From positions 84,164,912 to 84,228,911 of the forward strand of contig NC_068990.1 in the NCBI RefSeq assembly GCF_001194135.2: a stretch of 64,000 nt of DNA, read 5' to 3'. Every line of letters begins with the position of its first letter. The first letter of the stretch is position 1. The position numbers were made by a program, and so were the translations under genes. The notes beneath the pieces were generated by a model. The model had not been told where the DNA came from. It searched no databases and saw only the letters and a program-made list of their open reading frames with translations. The stretch is from Octopus bimaculoides. Lineage: Eukaryota. Below are positions 1 to 13,235 of the stretch, in pieces.

Positions 1-1122
1 CCTTGAGAAAAGCATGAATGTCACAACTTTCCCATTTCATCCTTCCTCTATTGATATATAGTCTGCATGACTAGTGACAAAAAATAAAACACAAAACTCA
101 ACATTAACTCAGAAAATTATAACAGTTTTATTTCATTTTCACATCTTAATTAATAGAGTCGGTAGTTTCCAGATGGAAACGCAATAAAACAGAGATATCT
201 TTCAGTTATAAATGATGCAGTGTAATGTAATACAAGTATTGATGAGAACTATCCACCGACCATGAATATGTTCTAAGGCAGTTTTATAAAAGGAAAGGAT
301 GGAGAGGGGGGTCGATAAAAGAGTTATTTTAAGAGAGATCAATTATATAGCTACCAAAGAGAAATTGCTTGTAAAGTTTGAAACCATAAAAACAACAGCA
401 CATATGCACACAAACACACATACACACATAACCGCAGTCTCACACATAACCAGTCTCACACACAAACACGTAATGTTTATGATCCATTAGATATTTAAAT
501 TAATAAAATGAAATTTATGAAACACACAAGAGCACACACACCAACACACACACACTAGCAAAGATTAAACTTCTACTGTTCACAGAATAATGAGTAATTT
601 AACAAAATCCTGAAGCAAAAACAACCAGTTCAAGTAATTAACACAAAACTTGCAGCACAATGAAAATAATCTTTTTTTTTTTTGTTTTTATTTTGGTTGT
701 TGTTTCCTCCCTACCTTACTTCAGACATAAAACAATAGCATTTGTCTTGGATAGAAGAGTAAACTCGGTGTATTGGTAGAAACAGGTCTAATTGTACTAA
801 CAACCAGATGCCATGTAGATGACTATTAATAATGATGATAATACAAAGAGAAAAGAAGGAAATTGGGTTAACTATGCTACAATTGAACTTTGTTACGTTT
901 AACTAGCAACTTAAACATTACTAATCAGCAAATGATAGGATAGTGGGATAAATAACCAGTAGACTTTTAGTATAGTATTTAGGTTTGCTATACGAATTAA
1001 CTAATTGCACAAACCAACAAAGAAACCTATATGCAGTCACTTAACCTACTGAAAACAGCAGCCAAATATCATCCCAAATCACAAACTATTTCTCAAAAGA
1101 GAAAGGACAACACAGTGAACTG

Positions 1123-1410
1123 TGTTGTTGTTGTTGGCACTCCATCGCTTACGACGTCGAGGGTTCCAGTTGATCTGATCAACGGAACAGCCTGCTCGTG
1201 AAATTAACGTGCAAGTGGCTGAGCACTCCACAGACACGTGTACCCTTAACATAGTTCTCAGGGATATTCAGCATGACGAGGCTGACCCTTTGAATTACAG
1301 GCACAACAGAAACAGGAAGAAAGAGTGTGGGGATGGTACTTAATTTATCATCCCCAAAAGGATGAAAGATAAAGTCGATCTCAGCAGAATTTGAACACAG
1401 AACATAGTAA
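1123..1410 (-). mobile_element. tRNA-derived SINE with (CAA)n tail
   Basis: Minus-strand head ttctgtgttcaaattctgctgagatcgactttatctttcatcc resembles other SINE heads in the window (e.g. 60240-60340). Body is CpG-rich; (GTT)n on + at ~1123-1136 is the tail. Confidence 0.7.
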
Positions 1411-1429
1411 TGGGCTTAAAAATGATCAT

Positions 1430-2000
1430 ATCTGACTCCTCTGGAACTTCACTGTTCAAACTAACAGAAAGATAGATGCGAATAGGTCAGACATTATATT
1501 GAAAGACTTCAGACAAAAATCATGCCTCCTCATTGATATAACTGTCCCAACTGACATAAATGTATCTGTCAAGACCTACCAAAAACTGAGCAAGTATAAT
1601 GATCTTGAAATAGAAATTGGCAAAATGTTGAACCTCAAGACTAAAACAATACCTGTTGTCATAGGTGCCCTAGGAATGATAACAAAAGGGGGCAATTCCT
1701 ACCTAGTTCAGATACCAACAAACCCTAAAATAGCAGAAATTCAAAGGATAGTGCTCATAAGAACTGCCCATATCCTACATAAAATACTGTCTATGTAATC
1801 TCAAATTTTAAAACAAACTTATAATTTTCTTATGGTTTCTTAAACATTCTCTAGAACAATACGATGTGCAAAACCAAATATATGACACCCTAGGTATAAC
1901 AGCAACTTGAACTTGTAACTTGTCTCTTGAGGTCTCTGTGTGAGACTTGGAGCCAAATTGTACAACTATAAAGCAAAAGTCAAACATATAATAATAATGA
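1430..2000 (+). mobile_element. 3' end of an RLE-type non-LTR retrotransposon (R4/Dong/NeSL-like), 5'-truncated
   Basis: ORF 1499-1798 (CLLIDITVPTD...KTYQKLSKYNDLEIEI...IPVVIGALG...QRIVLIRTAHILHKILSM) matches the C-terminal restriction-like endonuclease region. It is followed by a 3' UTR and a short (TAA)n tail near 1988-1998. Confidence 0.85.
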
Positions 2001-2335
2001 ACTTGGGATTTCCAGTCCATTTCGATTCATTAGTATATTTATCAGATAAACTGATAATTCACTATACAACAATAAATCTACAGAATAGAAAACTTCTATC
2101 CTGAGGGGTTTACTTGTGTATTAATATTGTTTTTGATAAAATGATACATCAGTTTAAATCACTTTGAAAAAATTTAAATGTCTTTGAAATTATTTTGTAA
2201 ACATTTACTCTTAGGAAGATTGGTCAATGACTAATAAAAAAAAATGTTTAATGCATTCAATAATGTAAGTCTTCTAGATAATTTTGTAAAGAAATCAGGA
2301 TTTTAAATTGTGTAAATAAAAAGATACCCAGGAGA

Positions 2336-2339
<4 letters not shown>

Positions 2340-2369
<30 letters not shown>
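2340..2369. repeat. (GA)n microsatellite
   Basis: Directly visible. Confidence 0.95.
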
Positions 2370-2373
<4 letters not shown>

Positions 2374-4601
2374 GAGAATAGTTTCAAAAAGATATGCTCA
2401 AATCTTACTACAGTCCTGTACTACACACCTGAACAAAAACACAAATCTCTTTTCTCTAGTCTGCTTGACTGACAAAAATAACAAATTCTCCTCCCACTTA
2501 ACAGTTAAGAAAAGTAAAGCATTTGTTACACTTGGGTGATGTAAAAAGAAGTCTGTTAAAAAAGAATTGTTTAGCAATTCTACCTGTTTGACAAGTGATT
2601 TGATCTTCATGAGGTCAATATCCAATTTTAAAATATAGCATAAGTAATTTTATTTCCAGTTATAACCGTGATATACCAGATCAGGAGAAAACAAAAATAA
2701 AATCTATATTTTTAAAGAAGTCTAACAGTAGTCTTCTAATTCTAAAAATTCTTTGCATTTTTCTTAAATTATAACCAATCCAAGCAGGTACACAGTATAC
2801 TTCTATTATAAAACATTGCCTCCAGCTAACATGAAAATGAAAACAAGCTGGTTTCATTATCAAAGCTAAAATCTTATTGCAGCTGAAATTATATCATGTA
2901 AGAAAAAAGACTGGGGGCAAAATAATTTACTCAGAACAAAAGACAGGGTCATAGGTGCTGATTAGTATTGTATCAATGGTAGGGTTGTATGTGTTTAGGA
3001 AATGTGGTACTGAATAGAAATGTTCTTAACACGCATAGAACTGCATGTACATCATGCTTGTATTTAGCTGAATATAACAATATTTTATGTGATTGATGTT
3101 ATTCCATTTACTGTTGAGCAAGGTTTTGAGTGAGATTAAAAAAGACAAGATATTGCTTGAGAAGTGTTTGTACTTAATAAACAATAACTTTGTCTAATAA
3201 GTGTGGTTTGTGGCTTGACAAAGTATCATAGATCTAATAGTTGTTCAAGTTGTTAGTGATCCACATATTAAAGTTTCTGTTTTGAATTTTCATCATGTAA
3301 CCAACAAGTATTTCATTTCTGGTATACTAACTCTATGACTCAATTATCTTGTATATTCAACCATTTTTAAGACAGCAAGGTGAAATATGAAGACGTGACA
3401 GGTAGAAACATAGAAGTTCTCTCAGTTCATCTAATATATATTGTTGTTTATACACTGAGCAAAGCACATGATATTATTAAGTTGGTGTATGGGACAAAGT
3501 GACAATACATATTTGCATAAAATTATGATAGCAGATTCAAACTTATATAAGAACACTTTAAAAAAGACAGTTTTGTATCATAGAACCAGAGGCAGTCTTA
3601 GGCTGGTGGTTGGTATTGAAAGGTTTAAAATAGGTAACTGGGGAAAGCAACCTGCAGGTTTCAATCATATTTGACTCCTAGCAAAGCATAGAGGGAATAC
3701 AGTGGCACTGATTATGGATATCTGCTTCAGGCAATTTGTTCTGCACACTAAATGTGGCAAGGTTTTGCATATGATTAACTGAGATTAACCATGCAATTAG
3801 CAGGCAAAAATTCTTTAGTAGGGGTGTAAAATTATCAACAAGAAGCAAAGGAGATAAGTCAGTTGATTAAAATTTTGGGACAATATAATGCAATGTAGAT
3901 CTGGTTTCCAAACTGAGTTGTTTTCACTGGTTGGCTTCAAAGGCCAGATCGTTCTAATATGAACTGATAATAGTGTTCCAAAATTGCAGTCAGCTGATTT
4001 TAGAACTATTTTCTTTGCTTGTTGTTCTTGATTCTTAGCTCCTTTCTTCTCTTTTTTCTTTTTTTTGTTGGGGTGGGGAGTTCAAACACCCAAAGAGGAA
4101 GATTTTGTTTATTAATTGCAAGGGTATTCTCGGTTTTTCAATTCACTATATTACATATGTATTTGTATTTAATACGTAGAACACTTCCCTGAGATATTTC
4201 TCCTTGTCCATTTTATGGGGAAGATACATGTAAAACACTAGAAAGGAAGAAAAACATATACTCAGCAGTGAAACTGAAGTAGACACTACCAACCCTCTAT
4301 AGGTGCAGAAGTCGGCAGGTTATTGTCAATACCTAACAATACCTACCGATGTTATTGTCAATACCGATGACAATACCTAACCCACTTTGCACAAACGAGT
4401 GAGTTCAGGTGTGGCTGCCTAGGTAAGAAGTTTCTTTCAGTTTCAACCTTGTACTGCACTGCAGACAAATGTCTTTTTAGTATAGCATTGGGTTAGCCAC
4501 AAGCTTTATAGCTAAAAATTGGATGGCGGAATCTGTGTGGAATCCCATTGAAGGGAGTATTCCAGTTTTGGGGTGTAGTTTTAATTTAATACCTCATTTA
4601 A

Positions 4602-4802
4602 CCGTTTGGTATTTTAAACTTGTCATATCCAGCCCAAATATTCAACCTGTTTTATGTTCAAACTGATCAGATCTCTCTTCACACACCTATTCTACAATGT
4701 CATTCCAATTATACACAATCACATCATCGAAATTTCAAAGCTACAAATATTACATGGTTAATTTAAGATAATGTGAATAAATAAGAAATACATTTGACAG
4801 AG
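4602..4802 (+). mobile_element. piggyBac-type TTAA MITE, degenerate copy with shortened right end
   Basis: TTAA at 4598-4601 and 4803-4806; internal sequence aligns by eye with the copy at 28532-28748. Confidence 0.65.
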
Positions 4803-5939
4803 TTAAAGCTACAAAGAGCTGTCTTTCCAGCTCTCACTAAATCACAAAAGCAAAAGGTTTGGTGGAGGGCGAAGAACCAGGTACAAGAATGTTTCCCATC
4901 ATCTACTCAATCATTAGTGCATATGATACTAACTCAAACCAGTGTAAACTAGGTACTAATCATGACCCCAATTTACCATCCCACATCAATAAGAAGGAAC
5001 TTGGAATTGCCACCCTCTCTTGTTCATAAGGATAACAGGATGAAGAGAGAGACTTTTAAAAACTCCAAACACTACATAAACATTCAAGAATTAATGACTC
5101 ATGTTTTAACTAACTGTAAACACAGTACATATCCGTATTAGTAGGAACAGAATAGTTTCAGTCAATTTTGGATATTTGCATATCGATGCAGCAAATGGTT
5201 TTTTTTTTTAGCTTTATAGCTGCAGCAGTTAGCCAGACAGACCGATCATAACGTGTATATCAATTATACGTACATTATCAATATATATACATACTCACAC
5301 ACAAAATGATAGAGCATGCATTATCAAAACACATTTTATTATAAAGACATAGTCAAATAGACATACATTTTATACATGTATACATCTATAAAATAGTTGA
5401 CAGCAAGAACCATAGAAAACATGTCACAGTGTAATATACAAGTGGACTTTGCAAGCCACATAGCAGGAAACCCATTTAGAAGAGAAGTAACTCCAACTAA
5501 GAACTGATCCAAAATAGAGGGGACTCTTTACTTTTCTAGAGAGGACAATGTCTCTGGCATGACTGACGGAACCCAGCACACTCGGTAAATGACTGGTAAT
5601 CAGAAAAGCATCCTGTCATTGGAAATACATTAATATGAAACGTATGAGCAATATATAGACTCTGAAAACCACATTGCAGGTTTCCCTTCAAGGAAGGGAT
5701 TAACTCCAAATTAGAATTAATACAGAGTAGGGGGCGATACTTTTGTTTGGCCTTACATAAAGCGACTTCTTTAGTGCCAATAGCACTAGAAAATATACAG
5801 AGTCCACACTAAGAAATACACAACACCAAAGTTGGATACTTTTTTTTCTATTGCTGTGTATGCAACGTGACAAATCATCACACTCAACCCAACACAGAAA
5901 ACAGTTGTAAAGTGTGTGTGTGTGTACACCAAATCCCCT

Positions 5940-6190
5940 GGATATTACTGGCTTGAGTAGGACTCATTGGGTCAGTTACCCAGTTTCTATGACACGTAAG
6001 TGATCAAAATCACAACATTCTCCCTGACCAGGATGCAAGTCTGTCACAGGGTTATTAATTTACAGCTGAGTGGACTAGAGTGATGTGAAATGAAGAGTTT
6101 CGCTCAAGAACACAACACACTGCCTAGTCTGGGAGTCAAAACCACAATCTCGCAATTGTGAATGCAACTATCCTAACCACTTGACCATCT
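5940..6190 (-). mobile_element. Older tRNA-derived SINE
   Basis: Motif cagctgagtggactagagtgatgtgaaatgaagagtttcgctcaagaacacaac recurs in degenerate form at ~11570-11700 (opposite orientation) and ~35735-35830; tRNA-like head at the right end. Confidence 0.6.
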
Positions 6191-9100
6191 GACAGCTCGT
6201 GTGTGCCTGTGTCTGTGTGCGCACACACACTTATGTATGTATGTGTACACACGCGCACACAGACACCACAAGGTCATGTTTTAATTATTTAATATATGGT
6301 AATTATTTGTTTCTAATTATCTTAAGCTAATAATAGGAAATTATCAATATGACACTATGTGATTACAAAATGAACAACTACAGATTAAAGAGTGACTTAT
6401 ATATCAACTAAGATAGATACAGTTTACAATGCACAATGAAGATCTTTGACAACTGTGAGAACTTAATTTGTAAAAAAATAAGCTCAGTAATGCAGAAGAG
6501 TCACTTGTAAAGAAAATAACATAATTTAACCAGAATAAGAACTATAATCCAAAATGGCACCCTGTCTAATTTTTAATATATTTACATAAATGTATTTTTT
6601 ACATACAAGTTTTATGTTATAAACATCTATTTAATATAGAGACTGCTGCATTGCCATGATGAGGAACTTTGTTCCTAATTATAGAGAGCTACACTGGCAA
6701 GAAAATTAGTCTTCCTGGCAGATTCAAACAGATTGGGCAGGTCAAAGGGTAGAAAGCAAACTAAAGAGTGGTCCCTGGTCCTTCTCATTAAGAATCTGGC
6801 ATAGTGTTAGAATCCTTACACTGTAAAAGCCTTACATCTACTACAAAAACACTGACAAAGGGACCAAAGCAAATTTCACAGTTCTAAAGATCAGAAAGAA
6901 TCTTGCAAAGAGAGAATGAAGTATTGCAACTCAAACTGAAAGGATGTTGCAAGGTTGATGTTTTTCCCAACATCCAAGAGCAAAACCAAAATAGGTTCAC
7001 AGAACATCATATTTTATTGTCATTAACAGTGTTTTCTCTTATCACATTTTTTTCTTTAATGTGTGCATGTATGTCTGTCTCTTTTATCTAGAAACAAAAG
7101 TAAGGAAACTCTATTCAATACAAGAAAAGGCTCTACTCCAACTTTCTGTTTGTATGATATTCTACCACCCAGTCTTCTTTAGGAATATATATATTCAGTC
7201 CTTGTGTAGCACCTTGTAGAGTGTCTACTATAGCCCTGGGCCAACAAAAGCCTTAAGAGTGGATTTGGAAGACAGAAACTAAAAAAAGCTCATTGTATAT
7301 GTATATATTTTATATGTGTGGTGTTGTATGTCTGTGGGCACCCTTGTTTTGACATATGATTGTAAGCAAACATCACTATCACACAAGCCATATTCATTTC
7401 TGGCCTTCCATGAAAAACATGTCTCGCCATGGATATTGCCTTGCTTGGAAACAAGTAAAGACTGGTAACAGAAAGGTTGTCTGGCTGTAGAAAAAATTCT
7501 GCCTAAAAAAATTCTATCTGGCCCATAAAAGCATGGAAAAAAGGGTGTTAAATGATAATGATGTATATGCACATATATAGTTGTGTGTATGTGTACTGAC
7601 ACACACAGACACAAGATCCAGGAAACCCACAACTGGCAACATTTCTCTACACCGAGCTAAGCAGCATATAAACAAACACAGCAACATCAAATGTGAGCAG
7701 TCACAAGACTGTTGACCCATCATTACATTATCCATTGTCATCTCACCTGCATATATAACATCATAAATATTAAAAAGCTGTGTATTTGTGTGTGCACTAC
7801 AAATTTACACAAGGCAGCTAGTCAAATAAAAGGAGAGAAGAGGAACAACTTGCATGAGAGACAGAAGAGGAGGGGGGGGTCTCCATCAACAGCAACCAGT
7901 GTTTTGCAGTTAGATTACCATTGTTCCACGATGGCATATGATCAAACTCACTATCAGCGTAAATACGTTCAGTACATTTTGCTGAAGAATTTTGCACCAT
8001 TTCCACCTTTTACAAATTCTTTACTTTATTTCCAGTGTTTAACATAATAAGTGAATTAACAACAAACTAGTTTTAGTGCAATGATTCAAAGTATTGTTTG
8101 TGTTATCATAAATTATAAAGCAGACTTTTTTTTTTTTTTTGTGGCCAAAGATATTTAACAACACAAATTATTACTGTAGTCTGCATTTTATTAGTCTTTA
8201 TCAGTTCCACTATTATTATCATTATCTTTATCTATTGAATTTGTCTGTTTATTCCTATTTTGCAGTATCTAGGTTTATCCACTTTATTTCTTCTCTTTTT
8301 ATGAAATACCACAGTTAATTTATCAAATGAAGAGAAGCTTCTATTTGGTCTTTTACATGCTAAGAATAGCAGCTAAATCCCCCTTAAATCTCACCCTTTT
8401 AAGAAACAACGAACACTCATCTAAGCCTAGANNNNNNNNNNAAAAAAAAAAAAAAAAACTATGTTCACTGCCAAAACAACTCTTCCACTCAAAGTTTGAT
8501 TATGCAACTAAATGATAACATCGCAAAGAGAGGTGGAGGAACTTAAATGCTGAAGAAACGGTGTAGAGGTCAGCAGATTCTATAATCAACACTATTGTGT
8601 CTATGATCAAGATATTTACCACTCAAGTGACCGAGGTTAGTACCTAGCTGAAATTAGATATAGCAAGGGAGGAACAAATTACCATTGCTTATGGCAGCAA
8701 CACTGTAAACTTTACAAAGAATTCTTCATGAACAAGGGTCAGGAGATAGAGTTGAGCCATTATGATTTGCTTTGAACTAAGGTCTGGGCCTGATGACACA
8801 CAGTGTAACAGTTAGGCCATTCTATATGAATCGTATTGACCATCAGATGATATCTTTCTCAGCTGCAATGGAATCCTAACCCCAAACAGACACAGTGGTC
8901 AATCAAACTTCAGGCAAGTGAAACATGTAACATAATTTTAATTTCTAGCTGTAGCCAGTCATACTTATGCAACAAAAGCCATGGAAGACATGGATTTCAT
9001 TTCTCACTCTGTAAATTTACAGTCTTGTGTCCAAGTCAAAAATATAATATATACATGATGATATATACATGATAATATGAGGTAACTGTAGTGAAGTTGT

Positions 9101-9391
9101 GAAATGTTCTGAAACCTTTGTTATCAAGTTTACACCTTCTGATTCCAAATTCAAACTTTGTCATGGTCTAATTTTCTTTACAACTCTAGATCTGCATAAT
9201 CTAATGTAGACTTCCTTTTTCTGGAGAGAGTAAAGTGTGATTTGAGAAAACTTTGGCTGTTATTTCTAGCAAGTCAAATAACCATGTAGAAGTGTCTTCA
9301 TCAGCTCACTTTCAAGGTGATTTGTACGGGTACCAGTTTTAACCATATCACTTTCTTCCTCTACTACAGATTGCTTAATCAAGAAAAACCA

Positions 9392-9422
<31 letters not shown>

Positions 9423-10499
9423 TACATACATACATACACAGATGTGTGTATGTGTGTGAATTGATAAGAACCACTAGAGAATACATCAATCAACCATTAC
9501 AAATATATATACACAAGACAGTAATTGAAACCTTATTGAAGAACATAATTGAAAAAGACAAGCAAAATATTTAAATGCACACAATCATCATAAAAGAGGA
9601 ATCCAAAAGGAATGAGAAAATGATGAGCATAAATGAAGAACGTAAAAGTACATCAGAAACAAAATGTATCAAGCTCAGGTAACACTGAATTCCAAGTTAA
9701 CTGGATAAAATCAATTTCTATGTCCTACTAATCAAAAGACAAGCTATGCATTTTTGTATGGGAAGGAAAATTACATGAGAAGTTGTTTTATTTTAAAGTT
9801 TAATGCAATATGGGTTTTAGATTAGAATTTAAGAGGAAAATAGTAAAGAAATTATTCTTTCATGGAGAGTAGTTAGGTGTTTAAAGATCTGGACTCACCA
9901 GTTCCCACACGGCAATAAACACTGACTATAAACAGAGGTACATCTGTATAGCTTGTAATAAAGCTATAGTATTTAAACTTTAAAAGCTGAACATAAAAAA
10001 ATGTGATCAAGGTTTCAATAACATCAGCTGTACTACATCTGCTAAGCAAACACTGGCTGAATGAGTAATATGTTAGCCTGAAATCTGTGTTCTACAGTGC
10101 ATGGGAGTGGAGAACATCAGTAAAGATCTCCACCACACTCAACCCTATTTCATTTACTTAACAGAATGGGTTGGATAAAAGAAATTCAACTAATCAGCGA
10201 CAGGCTGCAAAACTGACTGAACACGGAAGAGTAATGTGGTTAGACTTCTCACGTAAGAATGAAGGATTGCAGTCCCAATGTAAATAGTATTCATTATCTA
10301 AGAAAAATTTAAATGTCCCATTGCATTACCCATTAAGTTACAGACTGTACTACTGTTATTCTGACCATGCTGTTGTGGCAAGCTACTAAAGAGATGACTG
10401 CAGGCTATCAAAGAAGATCACCCATTGATTACTAATTCTAATATGCAATTTTCATAAATATTTTCCCAATCAACTTCAACTTCATTTATATTTGATTAC

Positions 10500-10650
10500 T
10501 TTCTATATATAGGCAGTGGAGTCAAAGAATTGTTAGAGCATCAAATAAAATGCTTTGCAGTATTTTATCCAGTTCTTCACCTTCTGGGTTCAAATCCAAC
10601 TAAGGTCAACTTTGCCTTTCATCCTTCAATAGTCAATAAAATAAAGTACC
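10500..10650 (+). mobile_element. SINE head (family B: ...gttcaaat...gtcaactttgcctttcatcc...)
   Basis: Matches the younger copy at 60108-60341; a second head follows at ~10655-10700. Confidence 0.6.
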
Positions 10651-11908
10651 AATCCATGGTGGTAAATTGGCAGAATTGTTAAAGCATTGGACAAAATGCC
10701 TTGTGCTTTTATAAATTTTTTATAGTTTGAGTGTGCCTGTAGCAACAACACTAATGCCTAATTGTATTAGCTCGTCTTTCCCATGAAAAACATCAATGAC
10801 ATATAGAGAAGAGACTAACTGCATGGACAAATGCTGGTCATCCATAAAAATTTTTTAAAAAACACATCTAGGCCTGCATCCTAGAGAGGAACTCTCTACA
10901 TGCATCACCTGATCAGCATGACCAACAGGGACCAGGACATATAACTGAAGCCCTTTCAAGACAGCATGATGGTAGAAAAGTAGAAAATCTCTATACAAGT
11001 CTCAGATAGAAATTTATTTTTCTCATACGATACCCAGTGCCATGGAGTCAGTTTAAAAGAACCAAGAAGGCACTAAGCTAATCAAAAACAGAATAGTCAC
11101 AAATTCCCTACAATTCCAAACAATAAAATAGTTTTCAATAATATATAGGAAGAGTTGTCATAGTAATACAGGTTTCACCTCCATGAAATTGAGTAGAAAA
11201 AGTTGGCAGAAACCAATCTGGATATAACCAAGAACAGTAAAAAGACCAACCAGTTATTGAAACTTGGTGACACATTTATTTATATTCCAATGAAGGCCTT
11301 CTGAATCATGATGAAACTATTGTGTATTTTAAATTATATATTTAAACACTAAAAGCTAATCCTTTCTAAACTATATTTATCCTTATAACTAGTGGTTCTA
11401 CTGTAATCTCTATAGCATTAAGTGGTTGACAGATAAATCACTCTATAGGATGCTGCACTATCATGGCAATTTTGTAAATTAAACTCAACTCAGCAATGCT
11501 ACTTATAGCAATAAATTATACCACTTGCAATATTGTGCATGTGGCAGGGAAATGAAAGCACATGACCAAATAACTAGAATGTTGGTCTTGTGAGTTCAAT
11601 GGTAGATTTGTTTCCTAGACCAAGTGTCATGTTGTATACTTGCACAAGGCACTTCATTTCCAGTTGCTCAAGTCTACTAAGCTGAAAACAAGTACCAACC
11701 CTCTAGAGCTGCCCTCTAGCTCTCACATACTTAATGTTTTGCTGCGTTCTAGATAAGAGGACCAAGAGAGTATCTATATCTGCTCACGACTTACATAAGT
11801 TTCTAAAGCACTTAGCAAAAACATGGCACATGCTGCTAAATCATACTCACACACACACACACACAACTTAGATCTAGAACTCAACTGATGAGAGTTAAAT
11901 GTCTTGAC

Positions 11909-12240
11909 CAAGCCTGGCCAACTCGAATTACATTGTGGGCCACTTTAATCACAGAAAGTTTTTTTGAGGGCTGCTTGTATACTTTATGCACTAAGAGTCA
12001 AATAATCAAATTACAGGATCAAGGTTTTTTTTCATACTTTTTGTTTGTTTAAAATTATAAAATTGTAAGCTATTGCATTATTGCCACTTATAAATTCTTA
12101 ATTTATTTTGAAATTAATGTTTTACACAAACAATTTTATTTTGAAATTAAACGCAATACTTCAAGAAAGTATCAAGCGGGCCGCGAGATAAAATTCTGCG
12201 GGCCGCATGCAACCCATGGGCCTCAAGTTGGCCAGCCCTG
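11909..12240. mobile_element. Non-autonomous hAT element (Charlie/Buster-type MITE), 332 bp
   Basis: Perfect 8-bp TSD GTCTTGAC at 11901-11908 and 12241-12248. Terminal inverted repeats CAAGCCTGGCCAAC / GTTGGCCAGCCCTG; subterminal gcgggccgc motifs. Confidence 0.9.
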
Positions 12241-12779
12241 GTCTTGACCATGGATGTATTACAGATTCAGTAACAAGACATGAATGGACAACCTCACTAA
12301 CTGCATTGCTTACAGTCTTATATTGAAACAATAATGGCATTAATTACAGTTTTCAAGTTGCCACACAATCATATAAACTGAAGCATCACATGAAGATTAT
12401 TGAACAAATAAGTTTTCACACATAGAACAATGAAATGAAAATGCCCTATAACTATTTACCAGCAATTTATTTTTCCTACATTTTCATCAGGGTGGTAGAA
12501 ATAATACCTAGAACGATTTGCAGTCTTCCCTATACTGGTGAGATTGCTTTAATTGTTCAGACTGAATTTCTGCAAGTAAATCATCATTTTAACGTTCCCT
12601 TTTCCAAGCTTGCATGGGTTGGACGAAGTTTATTAAGGGCAGATTTTCTACAGCCCTGTGCCCTTTTTCCAAGTAAGACAATATTTCGCCATGTTATGTT
12701 TTCACAGAACATTGCAAATGAATGACACTGCTAGCATGAGTGACTCTCACTCACAACTTTCATGTGATGTCAAAACAAG

Positions 12780-12995
12780 ACAAACGTACACCCACTCACA
12801 CACAACACACACACAAACAAACATATAAATATATGATGGGGTTCATTCAGTTTCTTTCTACCAAGTCCACTCACAAGGCATTGGTCAGCTCAGGGTCACA
12901 GTAAAAGACACTCACCCAAGATGCCACACTGTGGGACTGAACCTACAACCATATGGTTGGGAAGGAAGCTCTTTAATCACACAACCATACCTGTG
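12780..12995 (-). mobile_element. SINE family A, diverged copy
   Basis: cagtttctttctaccaagtccactcacaaggc...gtgggactgaacc matches the reverse complement of 31722-32136. Confidence 0.75.
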
Positions 12996-13167
12996 TTTAT
13001 AGCTTAGAGAATAACCACTGGAAAGAAACTTATTTCAGAAGATACACAAATGTCAGAGAGTAGAGCAGGTTTTTTTTTCTTTTGTTTTTTGGAGGGAGAC
13101 ATTAAGAATAATTGAAAGAGGAGTAGAATCAGCAGAAAATCTTCATTTCATTTTTTTGTTTTCATGA

Positions 13168-13235
13168 ATCATTTTGAGGGCAGATCAACAGATCCACATT
13201 TTGAGGGCAGATCAATCATTTTGAGGGCAGATCAA
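13168..13235. repeat. Short tandem repeat, 3 x cattttgagggcagatcaa
   Basis: Directly visible. Confidence 0.9.

Noticed and set aside
7981-8020. Minus-strand GGNGAKFFSK resembling PIP4K RSGARF
   Set aside because: In-frame stop right after it, no YDKRYIIK continuation and no splice sites.
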